Assembly (NCBI RefSeq): GCF_006345805.1
Contig: NW_021829832.1
Coordinates: 1 to 64,000, forward strand
DNA: 64,000 nt
Direction: 5' to 3'
Source of the DNA: Octopus sinensis
Taxonomy: Eukaryota
Numbering within the stretch: the first letter of the stretch is position 1; each line of letters begins with the position of its first letter. Both the position numbers and the translations under genes were made by a program. The notes beneath the pieces are model-generated. The model ran no database searches. It was not told the DNA's origin and saw only the letters and a program-made list of their open reading frames with translations. Of this stretch, positions 1 to 10,299 are shown one piece after another.

Positions 1-124
1 TATTTTATGGGATTCAATGGAAAACTTAAGTTATTTCAATTTTAATTTTAAATCATGTTAAAATTTTAAATAATTTAATAAATATATTTGTTGATGATAG
101 GCTTGTTAGGTTTCAAAGTCGCGT

Positions 125-167
125 CTAGCGCTCGGTCGCGCGCTGCGCTCGCGACATATTATTAAGA
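125..167 (-). mobile_element. 43-bp Helitron-like terminus or mini-element
   Basis: Minus strand reads A|TCTTAATAATA-tgtcgcgagcgcagcgcgcgac (hairpin)-cgagcgCTAG. The 5' motif matches the Helitron start at 21976. The base after CTAG is A, not the canonical T. Confidence 0.4.
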
Positions 168-248
168 TTGGCGTATTTATTGAAGAAGGAAAACGTGTCA
201 ATTTTCTTAATAAAAACACTTATAAGGAATTTTCTCGGAATTGTTTAA

Positions 249-742
249 ATGTTCTTGTTACTGTTATTATTTTCAATTGTAATAAGCAAAGGTAATGTTC
301 TAATAATCTCAATGTTTCAGAATTATTTTATTTGTCAAATGGGACTCTTGTTGAAGACCCAAAATGTCTAAATTTGACTGGTAAAAAATTTTAAAATGAA
401 TTTCTAGAAATAAGTGAAGCATTTAAAATTGATCAATATAACTCTTACAGCGTGAATTGTGGAAATACCAGCTATGACATTTGGTATCAGGGTTTGAGAT
501 CTAGAAAATATATTATAGGATTGCCAGAGATTGTATATGGGAAACCACTTGGAAAAATAGACAATTTTAGATTTTATAGAAAAGAATCTGGACAAGCGTT
601 AAACGAAAAAATAGAAATAGTTTATTTTTATTTTTTTAAATAAAAGATGAGAAACGGTGAAAAATATGGACTTCATAGAGGAAATAGATCCTACGATATA
701 ATAGATAGATCATATGCCTTTATTAAAAAAGAAACTAATTAA
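249..742 (+). CDS. Small predicted secreted protein, unknown family (3 introns of about 27-29 nt)
   Basis: Spliced frame MFLLLLLFSIVISK|ELFYLSNGTLVEDPKCLNLT|EISEAFK...NEKIEI|MRNGEKYG...KETN*, with a hydrophobic N-terminus and in-phase GT-AG introns. Confidence 0.55.
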
Positions 743-801
743 CTAAGTAATTTTACTAACTAAGTCCAGAGCCTTCGAAGTGGCCCTTCAGTCTATTCCT
801 T

Positions 802-1340
802 ATGTGTTACGTCTATCATTTGAGTTCTGATGAAAGATGGAGTCTGGTAGTTCTCGCCAAATGTGGATTAGTCGACAACCTTGTTGACATTGTCGAACAA
901 GTACGGACATATTTCGTCAAATCTCAAGTAATTGGTAAATTCAGCTCTCAGCTGGCACTTATGGTCAATGACGCACCAGTTATGGCAATTTATTTAATTT
1001 GCAGACTATTTATCACTGTATGTGCTATTCCTCGGAGTACTCTCAATGTCTTATTCCAGTCAAAAAACCGCCTTACGACTCCCCAAAAAACTGGATTCGC
1101 CTCTTTGAAGCGTATCAGCAATTGAATGATGAGTTGTCTCAAGATGGTGTCACATTTGCTGTTGTTAGTACCACTAAAGAAGTGGTCTATAGACAGGTTT
1201 AAGTTTGTGGTGATGTGGCAGAATTTGGGAGGAATGAAGGTTTATGCCGCCTTTGATGTTTCACTCAGTTCTAATGAAATTCTCTCCTTATTTAGGCAGT
1301 TGTGCAAACTGCTCACCTCCACCAAACAAAATATTTTTTT
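802..1340 (+). CDS. Unidentified spliced gene, possibly a longin-like fold
   Basis: ORFs 802-1125, 999-1202 and 1126-1380 can be joined by ~25-nt GT-AG introns. Only a vague resemblance to the C-termini of MON1/FUZ/HPS1. Confidence 0.25.
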
Positions 1341-1470
1341 TCAAATTTTAATCTATCATTTTTTATTTAAAAAGTTATGATATTTAATAAATTATGTTTT
1401 TTATGTGTTTAAGTATTTTTAATAATTAATCATACAAATGGATCAGTTTGATTAGTTGTCCACATCACTC

Positions 1471-2111
1471 ATGAATCCATCACATGCAATTGTATCAGCT
1501 AATCGACTGTTAGACATGTGCGATAAAATTATTTTAACTGGAAAATACAGTCCACACTCCCTTTCCAAGGTTGATGACATTTGATTTTTATTTTTAGCAC
1601 ATTGAGTCAGTGGAAGACATTCTATCAAAGCATGGAGTGGAATACGTGTAGTAAATTTCTCTTATATATAGAACTGGGTATGAACCCGCCAAGATCAGAC
1701 TGGCCAAATTAAAGGGAATTTTGGGGACAAGATTTGGTTGAGCTGAAATTATGATTGTAGACGATTCGACTGTTTCAGAAGACAAGTGGGAGGGAGGGAC
1801 TGATTTCGGTCCACTCAAGGATCAGTTCAATATAATGGTAGACCAAGTAGTTGAGTTGTCGTCCGTTTTACGAAGCAAAACGGAAACGAGCAGGGACATT
1901 GTGAAGAGTGATAAATCGGTAGTCCGTAAAAGCATGGTAGAAATTGACAAAAGCCAGTGACTTGATTCAAGTGAATTCTGCTGGACTCAAAGATTCGGTG
2001 GTGAAAGCAAGGCGAGCGAAAGAAGGGAGTCCAATGATGTGGTTATTGATGGTTGCAGTTGTTTGCTTTGTGATTGTTGTGTTTGTTATAAGACTATTTC
2101 CTCAAAAATAA
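1471..2111 (+). CDS. USE1: USE1-like Qc-SNARE
   Basis: N-terminal NRLLDMCDKI; SNARE helix DQVVELSSVLRSK...IVKSDKS|KLTKASDLIQVNSAGLK joined by a 22-nt intron; C-terminal TM MWLLMVAVVCFVIVVFVIRLFPQK*. Confidence 0.75.
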
Positions 2112-2145
2112 CAAGTTTATTCTTTTGGTTAATAGGTTATTTGTA

Positions 2146-2960
2146 CTAGAAAAACGCACAGTTTATGATTTGGAATTCCAGTAGGAGGGACATGACTATG
2201 AAGAACGCGTAGGCCACTAACATTGCTGCCCCGAGTCCTCTGGTCATCTTCCAGCCTGATAGGGCAATTACTATCAGCACAAATGTCAGCATTGCGAACA
2301 GCATCAGCACTGAACAAAAAAGTCCTTTACTGCTCGTGTTTATTGGAATCCTGAAGACCATCCAGGAAATTAGCCAAGGAAAGGGCAGTCTTGAATCAAC
2401 AATACTCTTATTACCCGATACAAATGTCAAACAGGTTGCTTCCTATGGAACTCGATACTGCCATGTCTCCAAATCCTTTCTTAGCCACAATATAGCTTGT
2501 GATCAGATCTGGGACACTTGTCCCTGCAGCCAAGAAGGTCAGTCCCATCACTTAGTTGGGGATTCCCAGAGTGGACCCGATCTGGTTGGCCCACCATACC
2601 ATTAAATAGGAAAACACCCCGATCCAGACGATGCTGTTTATGAATGTCAATATATACAATCTCTTTATTCTCTATTGCTTATTAAAACGACTTTTTACTT
2701 GGTTGGCTACATTCGGTACAGTCACGTAGAGAATTGCGTTTATAGGCAAAACAACGATGTAGACTAATCTCTTGCTGATCGAGTTAGGCCATCCCAATAA
2801 TGTCTCCTATGATGTTCAAAAGGCGCTCTCACTTGCTCGGGCATTTCAGGGGGGCTTTGTTCGTCGGAAGCATTCATTTCGGGGTATACTGTGGCATTGT
2901 GAACTAGACTCTTGGAGCGGACTGTATTTGTATGTTAGCAATGACGGTACCCCGAGAGCC
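2146..2960 (-). pseudogene. SLC24/NCKX exchanger, C-terminal half only, with an in-frame TAA
   Basis: [95 protein letters not shown] is the alpha-2 repeat region. The N-terminal half is not seen. Confidence 0.75.
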
Positions 2961-2979
2961 GATCACTCTTCGAAACAAG

Positions 2980-3279
2980 TTTCAAGGAATTGGCTATGAA
3001 GTCTCAAAAGGACTGGCCGAACGAAGAGCACATGTCATCTTAGCCTGTCGAAATATCCCCAAAGCACAGCTTGCAGCCAAAGAACTCACAGACATTACTG
3101 GCAACCCAAACATTCACGTGATGGAACTCGATCTGGCCTCATTTGACTCAGTAAGACAGTTCTCAGAGCAGCTCCACGAGTCCGATTCAAGCATATCCGC
3201 CCTCGTCCACAACGCAGGACTGTCCTGTTCTCAAACGCATGTGACCCCCAGGATTTTTTTTGCAGCCCCTCTAGAGTAA
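2980..3279 (+). pseudogene. Short-chain dehydrogenase/reductase (RDH11/12/14-like), N-terminal fragment
   Basis: GIGYEVSKGLAERRAHVILACRN...MELDLASFDSVRQF...LVHNAG. No catalytic YxxxK region is found downstream before transposon sequence begins. Confidence 0.7.
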
Positions 3280-3329
3280 CTAACTCTTTAAATTTTTTAA
3301 TAATGTTTAAATTTAATTATTCATTCTTA

Positions 3330-3629
3330 AGGTTAAACATATCCATAATTGGCGATTTCATTACTCAATTTGAAGCACGTTTTGGGATACATTTATATAA
3401 ATTTAATTTTTAGAATTTTAAAGAATTCCTTCCTTTAATGAAAATATTCGCAACTCCATTCAGCGTGGAAATTAAGGATGCGCCTGCAAAGTTTCAACTT
3501 GAACTCATTAATTTACAACATGATATAGAACTGGCGGCATTGTTCAAAAATGCGTCCTTTATTAATTTTTACGAATTAATTCCTCAAGACAAATTCAAAA
3601 ATATAACACACAATGCATCCAATGTTTAA
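3330..3629 (+). mobile_element. hAT (Buster/SPIN-like) transposase C-terminal fragment
   Basis: IFATPFSVEIKDAPAKFQLELINLQHDIELAALFK..FYELI resembles the region leading into the hAT dimerisation domain. Confidence 0.6.
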
Positions 3630-6600
3630 TAAAAATTAATTATGTAAATTCTATCTTAAATTATTTAAGAATCCAGATCGTCAGTGATTTCTCTTCTTCG
3701 CTTGGAAGAAGAGTTTGCAACAAAATTCTCATCATTTTCCATTTCTGCGTCAAAGTAATTGTTCAACTGAGTGTCCTCACGAAATGCCAGCTCCGCAAGT
3801 TGATTGGCGGCAGAGGCGTACTCCTCGTTGTCTACCTTCATCCCATGTCTGTGTTCAATAAGCATACTCTCTAGAGTCCTCTTCAGCACAACCGACTGGA
3901 TGTATGTCCTCGTTCCTTCTTCAATGGATAATTTGTCCATATGACTTTTAAAGAACTTTGAGACAACTCCATCCCATGTCAAGACAATTGGAATAATCTT
4001 CACTTTTGCTTCATAGAGAACCGACAGTTCGTTTGCAAGCAGGTCATATTTGTGAAATTTCTCCACTTCAACTTGCTTTAAACGGTCTTGCGAGGTAACT
4101 CCCACTTCGATTAAATGAATTTCTCTTTTCCTCTTGTCATAAACGAAGATATCAGGTTTATTGAATTGAACCTTTGTTTCAGTCATAATTGAAGTGTCAA
4201 CTCTGATTTCGACATTTTGGGTCGACATTGTTGACACGACTGAATGTCCTTTCAATTTCCTGCTTCGTTTTATTCCATACATTCGACACAAGTGGAGATG
4301 AATACACTTTACCACTTCGTTGTGTCTTCGGAGATAATCACTGTTTAGCATCCTACCACACCGCGTGGCTAGATGGTCAACAGTCTGCCTGCTTTTTTTG
4401 CAGTGGACGCATAGTGATCCCGTGTATGCAAAGAACAAATTCCTATCTTGCAAAAGACAGTACAATGCTTCGCTTCGTGGACCATTGTTCCCTTTCGATA
4501 GCCATTGCGAAGAAGTAGATATGTCGACATCTGATTCCTCCATACATTTGAACATCACCGAGTGTAGTGATTTACTGTTAATTCGGTTAAGCAAGAGTTT
4601 CCTTTGTGCGTCCTTCAGTAACTCAATGGTCAGATTTTCCCTGCCGACAGCTGCATATTTGGAGACAAGAAATTCTGCGATTGTGGCTAAGTGCCATTTT
4701 TTTCCATTTATTACTCGCAGAATACCCGACCTCCGCAGACAGGTAGTCGACTGTTTTTCCAAACTTTTAAGAAACTGGAAGAGCATTAATTCGCTTTTGA
4801 AAGTCCTCTTCCAAGGGTCTTGCGGTCCAAATACAACCTCTCCTTATTTGCAGGCTGGAGGTGTGACTTGAGAGTCGTAAGTAATCGGCGTATTTGTTGG
4901 TCAATCTCATCAAATTCGTAAGGTTCAATATTGATTAGCCCAATATAATAATTATATAGGGATAATGCATATTCATCGATTCCACGAAACAAATTTACAG
5001 CATTCAGGTTTGTTTTTGACAACATAGTTATCCTCTTCTTGACATTCTTCAATATAGAGTCCATAACTTTATTCTTGAGAACATTACTTCCGCCATCTTC
5101 AAGTACACCCAAGTAGCGATATCCGTTGATTCCATCGACAGTCTTACAGCATGATAAAGATTCCACATTAGATGCTGATTTTTCGGAATTCATCTCTAGG
5201 CCGACACTTTCAAAAAATCCATTAACAGCCTCCATCATTTTGACTAACACATCTTCTTTGAGCGCAACTATTTTCAGATCGTCAATAAAGAAGAAATGAT
5301 TGGTGGAGTATGTCAACATATTGGGATCTTCCCGACTAATTTCGAGTTTGGGAAACATGGAGTTAAGCATCCTGCTTAGGGGATCCATCGCCATAACGAA
5401 TAGCAGCGGGGACAATGAATCTCCTTGGAGTATTCCCCGGCTTAACTTTACTTTCCCAATTCTTTTCCCATCGATATGTAAGTTTACTGTCCACTTCTTG
5501 ACTATGTTCTTTACAAAGTTGACAATCCAATGTGGTATTCCAGAGCAATCCAATACGTGGAACAAGAACTCGTGATCAACTGAGTCAAATGCCTTCTTCA
5601 CATCGACCCAAGCAGAATAGAGGCCATTTCCATACTCCTTATTTAAGCATTGATTAATAAGGGCTTGCTCTTTGGCGCCTTGACATTGCTTCCTCGTCCC
5701 AAGCTGATTATCTGAGATTAAGCCAAATGCCTCGATGAAATCGGCCAGTTTGGCATTAACACATTTGGTGACAAGTTTATACAAAGTTGGCATACACGTT
5801 ATAGGGCGTAAGTCCTTCGGGGTCTCACACTCACTTTTTTTAGGGATCAAGTAAGTTACGCCAGTGTAAAACCAGCTATCAGGCGTGTACTCTCCATTAA
5901 TTATTCGGACTATCTCTTTACACAGAAACCCATGCAAAGAATCCATCTTCTTTAAGAAAAAGTTATACGTTCCGTCGCATCCGCATGCCTTCCAGTCAGG
6001 TGCATATTTGAGCATATCCATAATAAAATCACTTGTGAATTGAGGTCGCATGGTTTCACCGCCAGTACACCTCACACCCACAAAATCATAAACTACGGGC
6101 CCCATATTTTTCTTGCTCCAGACATCTTCCCAAAATGATAAGCACTCACCATCACCAAACCCATACAGGGTGGCTTCGTTGCTCGAAGATAAGTTTCGAT
6201 AAAATCTTCTGCGGTCTTTCCGGAAATTTTTCCTCGAGGAATGGATAGATATCTGTTTCTTTTTGATTCTAATTAGATCATTCAATAGAGTCTCAATTCT
6301 GGTTAGCTCCCCCTTCTTAGACTTCTTATATCCGTAGCGGCAGAGAACATCCATTGCCTTTTGCTTTTCTGCCTGAGGCAAGGTTTGTTTGGAGAAGGAA
6401 CGAACTGTGTCAATTTCATCTGCCAATTTAGAGATTTTTCTTTCCGTGTTTTCCAACCATGTGCTCTGTGGTCTGGCTCTCGTAGTTAAGGCCAAATAAG
6501 CACACTGTGCAGCATATAGAATATCGGTAATTTGATTAATATCTTGGGGCGGATCATCTTTTGTAATATGATAAATTGCAGAATTTAATCCAGCCAGGAT

Positions 6601-7170
6601 ATCAGTTTTTACCATCCTTCGATGCACCTTTGGAGTTGGCTTTCGAGAGTCTCTCTGAATAGACTGAACTTTCCCAATTGGAATTTGAGTTCCTCTAGGC
6701 AATTTCTGAAACTGGAAATTTCTACGTCCACATCATCTTGCACTCTGGAAGAGTCGCATCTCCCTTGCACATTGTTATTCCGTCTAGCCATGCTCTTTAG
6801 TTGGCATAAACTAGAGCACTTTGCCGAGTACTTCTCATTGAACTTCTCCAGGACAAGGTTCCAACCACCTCTTGGCATCCTTCCAAGTCTTTGCTTCGCG
6901 GCAAGGGCAATCTGAGACACCCATTCGCCTTCAGAGACACCATTGACATTTCCGATGATCGCAGAAAGAGAATGCAAGTTAATTTTGGCAGCATCACCAA
7001 CAAGATCTTCTTTAACACCATTAGCTCTTGTGGCATTGTGAGGTCCCATAGGCGACGGTCCTGTCTTTTTTAAGTTCTTTTTATTTGCAGGAAGGCCCGT
7101 AGGTTTCGTTTTCCTTAACTGCTTGGAAACGTACATGCACACACCACAACAACTCACACAATGCATATAT
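3630..7170 (-). mobile_element. R4/Dong-like RLE non-LTR retrotransposon, copy 1
   Basis: ORF 6609-7166 (Myb-like WxxIA..GGWNLVLEKFN); RT ORF 4786-6702 (LRPITC, QGDSLSP, FIDD); CCHC plus PD-(D/E)xK RLE ORF 3665-4786 (KPDIF..LIEVG..EKFHKYD). An apparent deletion frameshift lies at about 4790. Confidence 0.92.
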
Positions 7171-7199
7171 GAATCTACAAATTAATTTTAACTAAAAAA

Positions 7200-10100
7200 A
7201 TCCATGTTAAAGTAATTAATTAATTAGCTTAATCTTCTCTTTTTGGGCCCATAATCCAGTGACCGTATGGGTGTGTTCTCGTCGAAGCACACTCCACATT
7301 CTGAGGCTGCCCTTGGTTGACATTCCGTTTCAGCTTTCTCCTCACTAGGTATCGATATACCATGCCTCTCTTCAGCCTGCATGCTCTCCAATGTCTTCCT
7401 CAGAACCACTGTCTGAATATATGCTCTCACTCTTTCTTCCAGCTTGAGGACATCAAGATGACCCTTGAAAAATCTTGAGACAATTCCATCCCAGGTCATT
7501 ATAACAGGGATTATTACTTTTACTTTTGCGTGATGAATTGCTTCAAGTTCATTTGCCAATAAGTCATATTTGTGGAACTTCTCAACTTCGACCTGCTTTA
7601 GGCAATTTTGCGAAGTAACCCCCACTTCGATAAGGGTGATTGTATTCCTCACTTTGTCATGGACAAATATATCAGGTTTGTTATTCGCCACAGCTGTATC
7701 CGTACTAATCGTAGTATCCACACGAATCTCCACAAATTCATTGCTAACAACAGATTGAACTGAGTGTGTCTTTAGTCTCTTAGTTTTTCTTATTCCATAT
7801 TTACGACAGAGATGTAAGTGAATACATCTGACTACTTCGTTATGCCGTCTAAGATATGAGCTATTCAGCATTCTCCCGCACATAGTTGCAAGGTGATCAA
7901 CTGTTTTTCTTGCCGAGTTACAATGCGTGCACTTATTTTCTCCATTATCAAAAAACATGTTGCGGTCCTGAAGTAGACACAGTCTCCCTTCAGTCATGGG
8001 GGAATGATTTCCATTAACCAACCATCCAGAAGATTCACAAACATTTACTTCCGTGTCTTTTAGACATTTAAATAAGATAGAGTGAATCTGCTTCTTTTCA
8101 ATTTCTTTAAGCAGATATTCATGCTGTATTTTCATCAATGTCGACATTGTCAAATCCTTTGCAATCTCAATGTTGTACTTTCTGGAAATGAATTCTACGA
8201 TAGTGGCCATGTGGGTTTTCTTTGAATTAATGACCCGTAGAATTCCTTCTCTTCTCAGGCAGTAATTTGTCTTATGTTCTAAGTCATTATAAAATTGGAG
8301 AAGCATCCGTTCAGCTTTATTACTGACAGACTCCAGGCCTCTTCCAAATTTATTTCTTGGTAGATACAATCTTTCTTTGTTTGTGTGTTGGAAATGTATA
8401 CGTCTGTCCATAAGAATTCGGCGAATATTCTTATCAATCTGCTCAAATTCTCCAGGCTCCACATCAGTCAATCCAATGTAATAGTTATAAAGTGAGAGTG
8501 CATATTCATTTATCCCTTTAAACAGGTTAACTGAGTTTAAATCAGTTTTTGTCAAATTTTCAATACTCGTAGATACTTCTTTATTGATTTTATTCATAAT
8601 TTCTTCTTTAAGGACATTACTGTTCTTATCCTCAAGGACTCCCAAATATTGATATCCATCCAATCCATCAAGGAACCGGGCTTTGCCAGATAATAACTTC
8701 ACATTTGTTGCGGATTTCTCAAAATTTCTCTCCAGCCCAGCTGCATCAAAAAACAAATCCACTTCTTCCATCATCATAACCATAGAATCACTATGGTGAG
8801 AGAACAGTTTTATATCATCAATAAAGAGGAGGTGATTATTTGCATAAGTGGGTTCCCCATTTCCTGGAGTCCCCATCGTTATTTTCGGAAACTTTCCATT
8901 CAGCAATCGACTTAGAGGGTCCATTAACAAACCAAAGATCTGCGGTGAAAGAGAATCTCCCTGTAGAATTCCTCGCTTTATTTTAATTTCTCCCAGAGTA
9001 TTATTGTTTAAGTTAAGCCTTATCTTCCATTTTGTGATAAGATTATTAATAAATCTAATAATCCAGAAGGGGAGACCAGAATTTTGCAATACTTGGCCCA
9101 AAAATTCATGATCGACCGAATCAAAGGCTTTTTTAACATCAATCCACGTAGAACATAAATTGTTTCCATTTTTTTGATTTAAACATTGAATGACAATAGC
9201 TTGTTCTTTTGCCCCTTGACACATTCTCCTTGTTCCCAGCTGATTTTCAGTTATTAAATCATATGAATCAACATATTCTGACAATTTCCTGTTCACACAT
9301 TTTGTCAATAATTTATATAGATTCAGCATGCACGTGATCAGCCTTAAATCCTTTGGGGAATTACATACATCCACTTTTGGAATGAGATAGGTCACCCCAG
9401 TGTAAAACCACTCCTCAGGTAAATATTCATCATTAATAATCTTTTGAATTTCGGCACAAGGGTGTTCATGGATTGAAGTAAAGTTTTTGATAAAAAAGTT
9501 GTACACTCCATCACAACCAGACGCTTTCCAATTTGGAAGCATCTTGATAGTATCAATAATTGCCTCTTCCGTAAAATTAGCATAAGAATTCTCAGATCCA
9601 GTTACTTTTTTGCTACCCAGAAAATTCTTCTCCCTTCGCTCAACCTTATCCAAAATACTAGTCCAAAAAGAAAGGCACTCATCTTCGTCGAAATTAATCA
9701 TCCCCTTCTTGTTATCTCCACTAATATTTCTATAGAATCGCCTTCTATTAAGTTCGAAACACCAATTTGCCTTTCTAAATCCTTTTCTCGATTCATAAAT
9801 TCTCAACTTTTTCTCAATAATCTTGATTTGGTCACACACAACGGAAATAACTCTTTCGAATTCTCCCTTCTTTGACTTCTTAAACCCATAAGCACAAAAG
9901 GTATTGCGTGTATCTTCGTCAAACTGATTCTTCCCTTTCATTTGACTAGCCATTCGAATTTGCTCAAGTTGCTCTTTAAGTTTGGTAAGTTTGCCTTTCA
10001 TGTTGTCTTCCCAATTACTTTTAATACTATCCCTCTTGGTAAGGTTCTCATAAGTGCACTGTCCTGCATATATGATGTCCGTGATAACATTAATATCCAC

Positions 10101-10270
10101 AATAGGCAACGAATCAATGTACTCCCTTATTGCTGCATTAATACCATTTAAAATTTCCATTTTAAGCAACTGCCTTGGAATTTTCCTAGTAGGGATACAA
10201 ACGTTCCTTCCCATTGTAATTACTTTCCCAATTTGGCAACAAACTCCTCAAAGCATTTTTTAAAATTTGC
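7200..10270 (-). mobile_element. R4/Dong-like RLE non-LTR retrotransposon, copy 2 (intact 996-aa RT-RLE ORF, 5'-truncated)
   Basis: ORF 7224-10214 has RT motifs, a CTHC..H..C knuckle and KPDIF/IEVG RLE. It is a diverged relative of copy 1 and lies head-to-tail with it. Confidence 0.95.
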
Positions 10271-10299
10271 ATGGCGTAATTATTATAATCACATTTCAG

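Noticed and set aside
999-1202. TSEN15-like call from GVTFAVVSTTKEVVY
   Set aside because: The spliced frame continues well beyond where Sen15 would end, and the similarity is too short.
2551-2556. Stop-codon reassignment suggested by the in-frame TAA in NCKX
   Set aside because: TAA terminates USE1, MAPKAPK2, TFIIS and TDRD12 normally, and the other genes show no internal TAA/TAG. The NCKX piece is truncated anyway.
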